DNA of 34,071 nt from Candidatus Heimdallarchaeota archaeon (GCA_019057375.1 DXJF01000046.1:1-34071); one strand, 5' to 3'; shown: positions 10,401 through 20,148, counted from the first letter of the stretch. Notes: generated by a model from the letters alone, not told the origin. Made by a program: numbers and translations.

Positions 10401-13400
10401 TGATATCTTTTCATAATTTTTATACAATTCTGAGAGAAAATCATTTAGCTGCTTAATATTCTTCTTAGGAATAGATTTCGAAAGTGCAGCTAATTCTGTC
10501 TCGGAAAAGAGTTGAGCAGCGGTAATATATTCTGTGTCCAATTGCTCATCTACTAAAGCAAACTCTTGTAGAAAAACAATAATTTTCTCTGTTTCAGTCT
10601 TATCAACTGAACTAAGAAGATCTTGGATGCTAAAGATTTCTTTGCTATAATATTGCTTCTCGATTTCTGAAATAGTCAATTTGGTTATGTTTGGATAGTA
10701 AAGTATAGATGTTTCCAGAATCGTTTCAATTTTATCTTTGATCTTTTTGAGCTTATTCTCTGAAATTAACCAAGAATAAGTTGAATATTCGTTTAAATCA
10801 GATATACTATAAATTCCAATTGACTTTAGGAAGTCCTTATCAGTGTTAGATAATAAGAAGAATTCGCGATCAACTGATTCTATATTTACATCTATTTTTT
10901 GTTTTAATTCTTCATATATGATTGAATCTATTGTAGTTGTTATTTTTGATATACTCATTTTTGTTTGGGTTGCAATTGTTTTTGGTGAAACTACCAATAA
11001 ATCAGATATTGTAAAAATACCTGAACGCTTCAATCTACTATAATCTGTAGATTCTAAATCTAGAAAGCGTAAATTGGCTAGTAGATAAGGAGCAAATTTT
11101 GAAAACAGTTCTTTATCTGTCTTAAAATTCGCTGAAGTTAGTAAAGAGGTATAAGAATAATATCCTCTTTTCTGAAGATCTTGTTCAGTTTCAGATAATG
11201 ATTCAACAAACCCTACTTCTGAAATTGTTTTAATTGCTCTCAGGGAAGGAGTAATTTCATCACGTATTTTCTTCGGATGATCCTTGAAATAAATCAATAA
11301 ATCTTCAATGATTTGAAAATTATTACTCAAACAATATTCAATTGTCTCATTTGTTAAATTAGGCAAGATACTAACGCTTCTACTCAACCTATCTCTTAAT
11401 TCAAGAAGATCAGTGAGTTTGATTTTACCTTTAGAAGTCAAATAAGTGTCGGGCACATAAAGAAGATGATCCACTGTGGATAATCCTGTCTGTAACATTG
11501 AAGTTGTCACTGATTTGGTCAACCCTAGTTCTTCTATTGACATACCAAACTTTTGGATGCCGTATAACTGTTTAATCAGATATGTAGGATCAGTTTGCTG
11601 CTTGGTTATCAACTTCTTAAGACTGGAAGGCCATTTTTCTTGAGGTATTTCCAACAAATCAGTATATGTGAATATTTTTTCGTCTACTAATTGGTCAATA
11701 TTCTTTCTGCTCATTTTCAGAACTTTACCAATTAATGTAATAGGAGTTTGAAGTATAGAGACTAGTTCTCTGACACTTTGCATCTCGTCTTCAGTTAGAG
11801 GAAGCTCGGTTATCTGTAGATGTGCAGCTTGTGTTAGTGAAACACACCCATGTTCCATCAAAACCCTCTTTATCTTATCATTAAGTTTTCCAATAAATTG
11901 TATATCTAATCCGACTAGTTTTGCATTTGATTCAAGAACTTCTAAATTAATGTTTAGCTTTAATTCCTCTATTTTTTCTTCACTTACATTCATAAAATGG
12001 GATAAATAAGATACAGGCATTAATAAGAAATGGAATACATTTCTTACACCTTTTTGTTTCAATTTCTTAACATTGGATACAGATAAGCCATCTATAGATG
12101 CAACACTGAAATTCTTCAGTGAGAGTAGTATTGACCTTAACTCCTCATACACAGAATGATTTTTAATAATGCTACTATTCAAAGAAAGCAATTCATCCAA
12201 ATATAGTATTTTAGCTGTTTTTAGCTTCCTCAAAAGCTTCTGATCTTTGATGAGATTTAAGTCAGCAAGTTTAAGTGACCATATGGGAGGTTTTATTCTG
12301 AAGAGGTTCTCATTGACCACTTCTTTAAATGTAGAATAAAACTGTTCAGAGAAATGTCTGGTATCAGTTGATTGTTTATCATCATCCAGCATCAAGAGAG
12401 CAGAAATGATGTTGTTTACCTTCTTATCTCTAAAAACAAATAAATCTTCTAGTTTGAGATCTGAATAATCTATTAACCAAGTCACAGGTTTGAATAAGTT
12501 TGCTGTAGCAGTACTAAGAAGATCTTTCTCCTTATTTGTTAATTCAAACAAAGGATGGTGCATAAAATCAAAAAGGAATAGAGCGGTGGTTAGACCATAG
12601 TTCTTGAATTTTCCTTGTATTTCCTTAGGTAAACTAAGTTTTTGTTCAATATATGGCGAGAATGTTTCTGACATTCTAACACTTAGATTGAAGCTGCGTT
12701 GAAACTCTCTTATAGCTCTAATTACTTCTCTTGGAATATCTATGAGGTCTTGAATATTAGTTGAGATTAGTTCAATCACATGTTTAATTCCTATATTCCA
12801 AAGAACCGCTTTAGTTTCAATGTCAAAATATTTAAGAGAAAGAGTACTCAAGCTAAGGAAACTTACCAACTGCTCAACAAATGATATGTTGGTGATTTTT
12901 TCTATTCTTTCAGTTTCAGTGAATTGCAATAAATGTTCAGGGACAAACCCAAACAAATCCTCAACAGTTTTCTTTGAAGGTTCAAAATAAAGATCCCTTA
13001 AAATATTGAGAATTGGTTCATTTAGTAACAGTTCAGTTCCCTTGATCAGAGTGAAATTACCCTTTCGAACTTCAGTGATTTCTTTACTAATTTTTCCACC
13101 TAAAGCATTCTTTAATTCTGAGTCATTAGTGCATAAGAAATCGATAACTCTAAGAATACCCATTTGTGACAATTTTATTTTTGTTGCTGGTGTTAATTCC
13201 TTAATACGGTAAATTGACACATTACAGCTGTTAAGAAAGTCTCTCAGAACTTCATCAGAAACATTAGCTATTGTAAAAGCCTGATAATATTGACTATAGA
13301 CATCCTGAACCAGATCCCTATCAGATTTTAGTAGATAGTTCACTGTTGACCTGGAAAGAACAGGAAAATCTGTAAGTTTTACCCCTTTCTTTTCTATTTC

Positions 13401-16400
13401 TTCAAGAAGGTTTTCAGAGTTTATCTTTTCCAGGTACTTTCGTACTTCATCCTCTTCCATGTCTAGAATTATTGCGATGGTTGAAACATCTTCAGTAATG
13501 AATGAAAGTATATCTCCTACTCCTGAATAAACTAATTTCTGTACTTGTTGATTATTCAAACCAAGGAAGGCAACTGATGAAAGATATAACTGAACATCAC
13601 GAAATACATCAAGCTTAACTAAATGAGGGTGAGAATCTCTTAATTCAGACATTCTAGAATTGAAGTCTTGAATTGAGTTTATACCCAAATGCTTAATCTT
13701 CTCAAGATAATCTTCTTCTATTGAAGGTAATAATTCTAAAGATAAAGCGGTTTCTGCTCTCTTATCTGCAACTTCATCAATGGAGAGAATATCTAGTGCA
13801 TGAAATTCCTTGTAAATTGGATTCTGTGTTATATGAAATAATTCTTTTTTGTCTAATAAAGCTAAATCTATAATGGAATTAATATCATAAAATTCTAACC
13901 TTTTGATCTCATCAGAGGCCAAAAAGCCAATAAATCTTATTGAGCCTGAGAGAATTTCCTTCACTTTTGCATAGTTTTCAACTGGCAAAACTGAAGATAT
14001 GTTCTGTGTTTCAGCTGAATAATAAAGTGATTCAATATCAAGAATACCTATCTTCTTCAAGGATTCAATATGATTATCTGTTATTAGTACAGAAGCAACA
14101 ATGGCATGGGTTTGAGCTTTTTTAAATGATTGAATTAATGAATAATCAAGATTATCTTGAATTTCTCTGATATATCTTTGAGGTATTCCTGTTATTTCTG
14201 AAATTGTTTTAACTGGTGTTGAGAAGAAGTCTATTAATGTGTTAATTGATGACTTACTTAATTTCAGAGCCAATTCTCTTGGTAATCCCATTGAGGAAAT
14301 TGGAACTGCTAAATCAGCAACCATGTTATTTAAAGAATCAACTTCCTGCAATTTGTTATAAAACGGAGCTAAAGCTGAATGTTCTACTAAATCGATGTCA
14401 AATACGTCACCAATTTTAGTATTTTTGTACTCCTCTCTTCTAATCTTCTTGATTCTATTGAAAAATGGAGTTATTCTTATAGGAAGTTCGAGAAGAGCTC
14501 GAATAAGTGTTAAATTATAATTATCAGTAAGAGAGTGTTTATCTTTTGAGAGAAGAAGTGAAATTACTTTTGTATCAGTAACAACATCTGAAAGTGTTTT
14601 TTCTTCAAAATCTTGAACTATATTCCTGAAGAATGAAGAATTGTAAACAGATGATGGTAGTTTTGCAAAATAATGGAAAGCACGCATTTCTAGCATTTTA
14701 GAGGAATATGTGGAAATTGACCTATAAAGAACAGGATCTTTTATTTCTTCATCAGGAAGGAAGAGAAGTTGGTGCACATACTTGATATTATTATGTTCCC
14801 ATACCTCTAGCGAATATTCTGATATTTCAGTGAAGATTCTTAATGGTAAATCTAGCACCTTTTTAACAGCTGATACTTTCGACCACAAATCTGGGTTTGA
14901 TGGATAGAATTCTTCCTCTACGACATAATATATTTCTTGAATTGTCTGAAATCTTTCAAATTGGATAATTGAATCACGGCTTAACTGTCTTTGTTCTAAT
15001 TTGTCAAATAACTTTGTTTCTGCAGCAAATATTCCTTTATCTTCATATGAAGCTTGTATGGTCTGAGCAGTTAACGAATTTTTTACTGCAGCTAGATCTT
15101 TAGATGGGATTTCCAGTAATTTAGTCAATTTCTGATTTGATGTTAGAATGAAATCAGCTATGGTTGGAATTTTATTTTCTCTTAAAATCTCTGTCTTTTC
15201 AAATGTTAGAGAGGGGATGTAGTAACTTGGTAGCGTTAAAGTACCCAGTATATCAGATAATGCTAGTCCTCGCTTAATATTTTCAAAACGTTCATCTGGG
15301 ATTCCAGTTTTTTCCATTAAATTCTCTGGTGAGATAAGCATGAATCCTAGCAGAGTTGTAATTTCAACTTTCTTCAGGATTTCAATTAGTTCCTTATCCA
15401 GCATATCGGAGATATATTTCAGTGGTAAGTTCAATACTTGTTTGAATGATTTAATAATCTTCCATGGGAGTTCAGAAACTCCCCATTCGCGTTCAGAAGT
15501 GGAAAAATAAAGGTCTTCAATTGTAACTAAATTATATTCTTCCAGGATATCAACTATATTTGGCTTAAAGATATCTAGCTCTGAAAGATCTGTTCCAGTG
15601 TCACTTATTCTTAAGTTTCTTTGCATTAATGCAGCTTCTTTTGGACTAATATTCAAGATAGACTCAAGAATATCTTTCTTAACGATCAGTAAATCAACAA
15701 TTCTTGAAATTCCACTATTTCTAAGTGTGTTCAATTGATCGGTAGAAAGAGTAGATATTTGAATTTCTTCGACTTCCTTTGTCGTTTCAGTGTCTTCATC
15801 CTGCACTTTTTTCTTAACAACTTTTTCCCAAGCTACTAATGTGAGGGGGGATCTCAATAGTTTTCTAAACTTGTCAATTACATTCCAATGTACTAAAGAA
15901 GCAGAAAATGTTAAGGGGTGGGATAAGAAGAAAATCTTGTCAACTGAATCATAACCTGCTAGAATCAGTGATTCAATTTCATGAGCGGAAAACCGCTCAG
16001 ATTCTTCATATTCAAAGGAAATTAAGGATTTTAACCGGTTTCTTTCTCCTTTTATAAAGAAACTAGTTCCTTTCTGCTCAATTTTGAAATCCTTAAATAT
16101 CTGATTAATTCCATCTTCAGTTTTGTTAAGAATAGTTTCCAATTCTTTTGTGGAGTATTCAAATAATTGATGTATTGCAATAATGTTTCTTGTTCGTAAA
16201 TCTTCAAATTCTTTTAAAGTAAAATTACTAATTCTCGATATCGGTAAACTTAAAGCTCTTTCAAACTCATCATATTCACTAATCAATAACACTTGTTTGT
16301 TTAAGTCACTTGTTTCCTCAATATCTCTATTCTTTATCATGTGATAGAGTTCCAAGATAACTTTTCTATGGGAAGCTGAAGATAGCTCAGATTCAATGAT

Positions 16401-19400
16401 TTCAGGAATAAGATCTAGAAATTGCTTAATAGTTATAATGTTCCTTGCATTTAATCTTAAAAGAGCTTCTTTTACTTCATTTAATTTCTTTTGATTCTTA
16501 GAGAATAATTGTGCAAGTTCAATAATTTCAAGCTGAGAGAGCTTGCTCAAGTGCTCAATTTTCTTCCATAATCCCTGCGATAAACTTACTTTTTCTGAGG
16601 AGTAGAGATAAAATAAATCCTGAAGGGGTTCTTCAATTCCTCCAAAATAGGTGATTAATCTTGGAAATAGACTGTTCAACTGAGATAGAGGTTTACTGAG
16701 TGCTTTTCTATTCTTATCGATTTCTGCTAAAGAAACAGCATCTTTCATTTCTTTTATTTCTTCTATTTTGTAACCCAAAATACTTGCTAATTCTTCATTA
16801 GGCCAGATCAAAAAGCGACCCAAGCAGTTAATCCCTACTTCTTTCAATAAGTAAGACGATCTTCTAAGTTGTGGGAATGGGAATATGATAGGTGTTCTGA
16901 GAACATTTGCTAATTCAAAATATTTCTTTTTCTTCTCTGCTGAAAATGAATAAGATTCAGCGGAATTGAAGAACAGCTCCTCCAGTACAATAATCCCACA
17001 TTCTTTTAGCAAATCTTCGTGGCCCATCCACTTTGGCAATGGCGTTCCAAGCGTTTTCTTAATCTGGTCAACTTCTCTCTTCTTTAGACCCATTTTTCTT
17101 AATTGAGGTGAAGAATAGGAGAGAAAGGTTGAAGAATTAAAGATCTGGTTCCGGTGTAGTTCTGTTTCCACATTATTAGGTATAATCTTAATGTGACTAG
17201 AATTATGATCTTTTTCAGATATTTGCAGAGAAGACAAGATTGTGAATTTTGTTTCTTTCATAAGTAGTTCTGCGAAATCAACTAATTTCTTATCATGAAT
17301 TTCTTCAGCTGCAAAATATAACAACTGAGCCAAAGTTTTTACACCCTTGGTGGCCAATGATTTGATCACCAAAGCTTCATCACTTTTGAGACCCTTACTC
17401 TCGATAAACTCAAAAGCTGAAAGATTGATTGATGGAGATTGTTTAACAAGAAGTTCTAGATAGGTTGAATACAAAGTCCTTTCCATTTCTTTAACTTGTA
17501 CAAGGTCATCTGTAGAAGTGTTAATGAAGCTCTCAATAGTTCTAATTTTTCTCCTATGAAAAGCATTTTTTGTATATCCATCTGTCCAATCAGGAGTCAT
17601 TTTGGTTATGTTTGTGGCTTTGAATGTAGGAAACTTATTTGACATTTTAATGAATACTTCTTTTAAGTAATCAATGAATATCGCTGTTAATTCCTGTTGA
17701 TAATTAATCTCATTGGGAAGTTGTGTTTGATAAATGAACTCTTCAACAGTTAAATCAGCTGCTAGAATTTCATTTGACAGCTTCTTGAAGACTTTGAAAG
17801 GTGGGAAGAGATGTTCAATTTTTAATTGACCTTTGGCTGCCAAAGAATCAATACGATTTTGGCTTTTAGGATAAGTCTTTGATCCATCTTTTTTTCTGTT
17901 CTGGAGTAAAAGTTGATTAATTAGTTCATCTTTCTTATTCTCAAATAATTTCTCTAAGAGACCGGAGACTGTTTTTAATTTTACAAATTCAGTAGCTAAA
18001 TAATGGTAACTATTTTGAATCCATCTTCGATTTAAAGCATCTTTTAATGAAATAGATATTTTGTCAAATCGTTTCTCTACAGCTCTTGAAACAAAGATTT
18101 TAGAGTCGAATTGAGGACTTAGTCCTTCCTTATCTAATTCATAGATAGTTCTTAATTTAATGTTGTAAATAGATTTTTCATCAAGTGTTAAAATAGGAAT
18201 TAAATCCTTAGTTGGTGTTAGTAGGAAATCAGAAACTGACAAGATATTCTTGTTCTTTAATATATTTTGAGTTGATGTAGGGCACCAAATATTTAGACCG
18301 AAAAGTCTTTGTCCCAAGGGCATGAATAACTTTGCTTTTTTAGGAGAGCCATGAGCTAAAGAAGATGCAATTCTATTCTTCTCAAATCGAAAATCAGCCA
18401 TCCCGATACCTTCATCCTCAATAATCTGAGATAGATTTTCAACAATTATGGGCGCAGATTTGACGAATCGTGATAGTCTAGCATGCTCTCTTCGTCTTCT
18501 TTTAGCCCTACCCAAGAAAGTCTTTAATCTTCTTCCAAGTTGTTGCAGAGCTAATCTTATTTCTTCTTCAATCTCTGGAACAATAGAGATATATTCTTTA
18601 CTTGTCTCTGGAAAAGGTATTTTTGTACTAACTACTGAAACTGTAACAGCTAAAGGATCTGATTGTCTAGTAAGCCCATATTCATTCCATCTTATGGAAG
18701 AAACAACATGACTAATAACATCATTACCTGCACCAAAAATCAGAGGGATTCTGTTTGCATATCTGTAGATTATCTTATTATCTTGAACATTAGCACCTCG
18801 TTGTTGAGAAGCTTCTGTTACACCTCCACCATAACCTATGGCAGCTTCAACCACAAACGGATGTCCAGAATAAGCTTTTGGAGGCCTAGAAATAGCTTCA
18901 GCAAATTTAGGATTTAATTCTTTTTCAAGCCCTCTCTTCAATCTCCCTGCACCAAGAGGAGAAAGTGCTGTCCCTTTTGGTGGATCAAACTGAAAAACTC
19001 TATCACGTTTTCGTTTTACTTCTTTTGCTTCTTGATAGGCTTTCACAAATCCTTCATGTACAATTCTACGTATTTCTTTTGAAGTTAACTCGTTAGGATG
19101 TTTATTAGGATCTATTTCTAATAACTGAAAGAAATCTTCAGCAATTTCTTTGGTTACTCCCATAAATTGATTCGCAAGAAACTCTTTGAGTTTTTTATCA
19201 TTATTTGCGCTCAATTCAGCTTTGAACTGTGTGATATCACACCCATATGGATGAATCTTGACAACTTGAGGAGGAGGGGGCATATCATCTACAACACTCT
19301 CAAAAATGAATTCTTCAAATTCACCCTCTTTATCACCTGGTATTTTTACTTGGAAAGAGGAATAAGGAGTGATTATCGCTAGTTGTCTAAAGTATTCTCT

Positions 19401-20042
19401 AACGCTGTTCTTGGCGAGATTCCATGCACCAGTAAATGTAATTGAAATTTCAGTTCCTGCTTCTTCAAGATAACTCTCATCCCCGGGAAGAAATTCTCGT
19501 TGCTCCATAATTATGGGTTCATTTTTCTCAAGATTGATCATTAAATGCATTTCATGTGTTATATCATCCATGAAATATCTTGATCTAATTTTAGCTGGGA
19601 GGTCAACAGAAGACATGGAATACAATAAGCACATCTTGGCTCCTAAACCAAAACGTCCTCGTGTCTGAATAACTCCATACTTAGTTCCTGTGAGAACTCT
19701 ACCGAAAAGGTCAGCAATAAGATGTCCAGGAACACCTGTACCATTATCTGTACAAGTAAGTTGTAAGAAGTCTAGGTGTTTCTCTAATTTCTTATATTGT
19801 TTAACATCAAGAAGTTCATTTATTTCTCTACTAGATAATTTTCTTAAATCAATTGAGATGTTAGGATTTGTTCCTCTGTTTTCTGCAGCATCTAAGCCAT
19901 TTTCAACTAATTCGCGTATGCTGGTAAACACAGCTCGCATAGAATTTCCAAAGCCAGCAATTGCCCTATTTTCATTGAAAAAAGCAGCGGCAGACATCTT
20001 CTTAGTAACTGAATTTTCAGACACGTTTGTTACCTCTTCCAC
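7425..20042 (-). CDS. top6B: Giant DNA topoisomerase VI subunit B (4205 aa): GHKL ATPase, H2TH and transducer domains, then a tandem HhH-like array and a Lys-rich tail
   Basis: N-terminal motifs: 'IRELVENGLDAAE', 'DNGTGVP', 'GRVLTGTKY', 'QTRGRFGLGAK', 'GTEISI', 'PHPY/KIHPYG'-type region, 'RYANRIPL', 'WNEYGL', 'VSTKIPFPETSKEYI'. One uninterrupted ORF with a GTG start, directly upstream of top6A. Confidence 0.93.
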   Translation of the reverse strand: MEEVTNVSENSVTKKMSAAAFFNENRAIAGFGNSMRAVFTSIRELVENGLDAAENRGTNPNISIDLRKLSSREINELLDVKQYKKLEKHLDFLQLTCTDNGTGVPGHLIADLFGRVLTGTKYGVIQTRGRFGLGAKMCLLYSMSSVDLPAKIRSRYFMDDITHEMHLMINLEKNEPIIMEQREFLPGDESYLEEAGTEISITFTGAWNLAKNSVREYFRQLAIITPYSSFQVKIPGDKEGEFEEFIFESVVDDMPPPPQVVKIHPYGCDITQFKAELSANNDKKLKEFLANQFMGVTKEIAEDFFQLLEIDPNKHPNELTSKEIRRIVHEGFVKAYQEAKEVKRKRDRVFQFDPPKGTALSPLGAGRLKRGLEKELNPKFAEAISRPPKAYSGHPFVVEAAIGYGGGVTEASQQRGANVQDNKIIYRYANRIPLIFGAGNDVISHVVSSIRWNEYGLTRQSDPLAVTVSVVSTKIPFPETSKEYISIVPEIEEEIRLALQQLGRRLKTFLGRAKRRRREHARLSRFVKSAPIIVENLSQIIEDEGIGMADFRFEKNRIASSLAHGSPKKAKLFMPLGQRLFGLNIWCPTSTQNILKNKNILSVSDFLLTPTKDLIPILTLDEKSIYNIKLRTIYELDKEGLSPQFDSKIFVSRAVEKRFDKISISLKDALNRRWIQNSYHYLATEFVKLKTVSGLLEKLFENKKDELINQLLLQNRKKDGSKTYPKSQNRIDSLAAKGQLKIEHLFPPFKVFKKLSNEILAADLTVEEFIYQTQLPNEINYQQELTAIFIDYLKEVFIKMSNKFPTFKATNITKMTPDWTDGYTKNAFHRRKIRTIESFINTSTDDLVQVKEMERTLYSTYLELLVKQSPSINLSAFEFIESKGLKSDEALVIKSLATKGVKTLAQLLYFAAEEIHDKKLVDFAELLMKETKFTILSSLQISEKDHNSSHIKIIPNNVETELHRNQIFNSSTFLSYSSPQLRKMGLKKREVDQIKKTLGTPLPKWMGHEDLLKECGIIVLEELFFNSAESYSFSAEKKKKYFELANVLRTPIIFPFPQLRRSSYLLKEVGINCLGRFLIWPNEELASILGYKIEEIKEMKDAVSLAEIDKNRKALSKPLSQLNSLFPRLITYFGGIEEPLQDLFYLYSSEKVSLSQGLWKKIEHLSKLSQLEIIELAQLFSKNQKKLNEVKEALLRLNARNIITIKQFLDLIPEIIESELSSASHRKVILELYHMIKNRDIEETSDLNKQVLLISEYDEFERALSLPISRISNFTLKEFEDLRTRNIIAIHQLFEYSTKELETILNKTEDGINQIFKDFKIEQKGTSFFIKGERNRLKSLISFEYEESERFSAHEIESLILAGYDSVDKIFFLSHPLTFSASLVHWNVIDKFRKLLRSPLTLVAWEKVVKKKVQDEDTETTKEVEEIQISTLSTDQLNTLRNSGISRIVDLLIVKKDILESILNISPKEAALMQRNLRISDTGTDLSELDIFKPNIVDILEEYNLVTIEDLYFSTSEREWGVSELPWKIIKSFKQVLNLPLKYISDMLDKELIEILKKVEITTLLGFMLISPENLMEKTGIPDERFENIKRGLALSDILGTLTLPSYYIPSLTFEKTEILRENKIPTIADFILTSNQKLTKLLEIPSKDLAAVKNSLTAQTIQASYEDKGIFAAETKLFDKLEQRQLSRDSIIQFERFQTIQEIYYVVEEEFYPSNPDLWSKVSAVKKVLDLPLRIFTEISEYSLEVWEHNNIKYVHQLLFLPDEEIKDPVLYRSISTYSSKMLEMRAFHYFAKLPSSVYNSSFFRNIVQDFEEKTLSDVVTDTKVISLLLSKDKHSLTDNYNLTLIRALLELPIRITPFFNRIKKIRREEYKNTKIGDVFDIDLVEHSALAPFYNKLQEVDSLNNMVADLAVPISSMGLPRELALKLSKSSINTLIDFFSTPVKTISEITGIPQRYIREIQDNLDYSLIQSFKKAQTHAIVASVLITDNHIESLKKIGILDIESLYYSAETQNISSVLPVENYAKVKEILSGSIRFIGFLASDEIKRLEFYDINSIIDLALLDKKELFHITQNPIYKEFHALDILSIDEVADKRAETALSLELLPSIEEDYLEKIKHLGINSIQDFNSRMSELRDSHPHLVKLDVFRDVQLYLSSVAFLGLNNQQVQKLVYSGVGDILSFITEDVSTIAIILDMEEDEVRKYLEKINSENLLEEIEKKGVKLTDFPVLSRSTVNYLLKSDRDLVQDVYSQYYQAFTIANVSDEVLRDFLNSCNVSIYRIKELTPATKIKLSQMGILRVIDFLCTNDSELKNALGGKISKEITEVRKGNFTLIKGTELLLNEPILNILRDLYFEPSKKTVEDLFGFVPEHLLQFTETERIEKITNISFVEQLVSFLSLSTLSLKYFDIETKAVLWNIGIKHVIELISTNIQDLIDIPREVIRAIREFQRSFNLSVRMSETFSPYIEQKLSLPKEIQGKFKNYGLTTALFLFDFMHHPLFELTNKEKDLLSTATANLFKPVTWLIDYSDLKLEDLFVFRDKKVNNIISALLMLDDDKQSTDTRHFSEQFYSTFKEVVNENLFRIKPPIWSLKLADLNLIKDQKLLRKLKTAKILYLDELLSLNSSIIKNHSVYEELRSILLSLKNFSVASIDGLSVSNVKKLKQKGVRNVFHFLLMPVSYLSHFMNVSEEKIEELKLNINLEVLESNAKLVGLDIQFIGKLNDKIKRVLMEHGCVSLTQAAHLQITELPLTEDEMQSVRELVSILQTPITLIGKVLKMSRKNIDQLVDEKIFTYTDLLEIPQEKWPSSLKKLITKQQTDPTYLIKQLYGIQKFGMSIEELGLTKSVTTSMLQTGLSTVDHLLYVPDTYLTSKGKIKLTDLLELRDRLSRSVSILPNLTNETIEYCLSNNFQIIEDLLIYFKDHPKKIRDEITPSLRAIKTISEVGFVESLSETEQDLQKRGYYSYTSLLTSANFKTDKELFSKFAPYLLANLRFLDLESTDYSRLKRSGIFTISDLLVVSPKTIATQTKMSISKITTTIDSIIYEELKQKIDVNIESVDREFFLLSNTDKDFLKSIGIYSISDLNEYSTYSWLISENKLKKIKDKIETILETSILYYPNITKLTISEIEKQYYSKEIFSIQDLLSSVDKTETEKIIVFLQEFALVDEQLDTEYITAAQLFSETELAALSKSIPKKNIKQLNDFLSELYKNYEKISEPNRKILRTLKHPLSALSKLTASDVKNLNENNNFLIMDILVKSQTYWIEFSAKSTGSKVLTLLSTLTLSKIKSQIRKRPDVSSLGVFDAETIKEISAYYQTVDEILYAIESEDFEVSRTLINKVQRTLTTPVKLIMVPRISLKVWKKLNSSNDTVTDLLKLSDKDLSSFLSIPQSDIPKIRSSFNVENMIREPSLKSNIIFSQREIDKLNNIGYKTYGQLIENLYSDKAIPKTIKPKMDFIQTFDIKKYEPKLDESLTILDLLFLINSTENLAITKKQKELIESTADFFFSKGTQLCTILNIDPSAKKSHCPEMSIEYLLLLEKYNIQMFDEIWRKLHDKIKPTIESLFSFLNRSPVILTKLTADTIHQISTTKYKKISQLLLLSLKQLYNQISDKNVQRNVRNLSLVSFQELSRNLTSFPSSLLSTNEVNTLNKSNIKSIEEALVFLEQSKKGDSKVLIICNKISKIMETDLTALPSIIQDKRKSDEVIRLKLSNVYDLLTFCKTTQKAESRALCSDILYVLKFDKITQSVSNEQSRFSSFFRTTEYLQFLKRKKIRTFGPLINHVKITSAQDLEQEFEQILSVLRAPLSIFTLDQTLLKKLRDLNIHQVLDLVLPADINKQIKSNLTEKQQTLMQTIIKQLNFISINQLLSNLYPVSKVSFIDENSKKQLIRTGYSTISHLNISAEILAISSKIRSVILTKINRILESPVYYLTDMIRDNPSSVFALYEKGIFNLWDVYAYNSKDLAKIIKITDRQVKSYLSTLTDQSIKLAQKDQILVKETLPYLEGSSVVSLRNSGFVSLQEIMFPSEDKKKSTVLKLQQVSDLKKHLNKKIDEIDVDTEIVKQIKQLGITTFREFAVYPSSTLDGKTNLSYVAIKRIKSKLPLKKIKITKAKIATKPPAKKPIKKPIKKPIKKPVKKPATAKPVVKPISKTTTMKPQATKMTPKKVPTKASTKQTTLLDLAARPGQKKTSSKTNKTSSTNSKGGDK
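7632..7691. repeat. 12-bp tandem repeat x5 (aggtttcttaat and variants) encoding (A/I/V)KKP units in the Top6B tail
   Basis: aggtttcttaac aggtttcttaat aggtttcttaat aggtttcttaat aggttttttagc, read directly from the sequence. Confidence 0.9.
7740..18330 (-). repeat. Protein-level tandem array of roughly 45-50 (counted by eye) alpha-CTD/Rad51-N-like helical (HhH-type) units within Top6B
   Basis: Recurrent motif L-x-x-x-G/N-I-x-(T/S)-(I/V)-x-(D/E)-(L/F), often preceded by L-x-x-P-(I/L). Examples: 'LAVPISSMGLPRELALKLSKSSINTLIDFFSTPVKTISEITGIPQRYIREIQDNL' and 'YSRLKRSGIFTISDLLVVSPKTIATQTKMS'. Boundaries approximate. Confidence 0.75.
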
Positions 20043-20148
20043 TTGAAATTGTATTCTCCATAATATTATAATGATATTGTCGGAATATATGATATTATGA
20101 GTATATTATAAGTTATATCTATATAAGTGTAAATTTTAAAGGCAATTG

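Noticed and set aside
7740-18330. Intein or mobile insertion as the explanation for the Top6B length
   Set aside because: No Hint splicing motifs (C/S start, HN-C/S/T end) or LAGLIDADG motifs were seen, and the extra sequence is C-terminal to a complete core and repetitive.
7425-20042. Calling the giant ORF topoisomerase V
   Set aside because: Only the HhH-array idea is analogous; the catalytic N-terminus is clearly a GHKL Top6B.
7840-20046. Short plus-strand ORFs opposite top6B (7840, 9013, 9496, 10843, 13006, 13940, 18448, 18663, 19167, 19690)
   Set aside because: Shadow frames of a long real gene, with no motifs or start signals.
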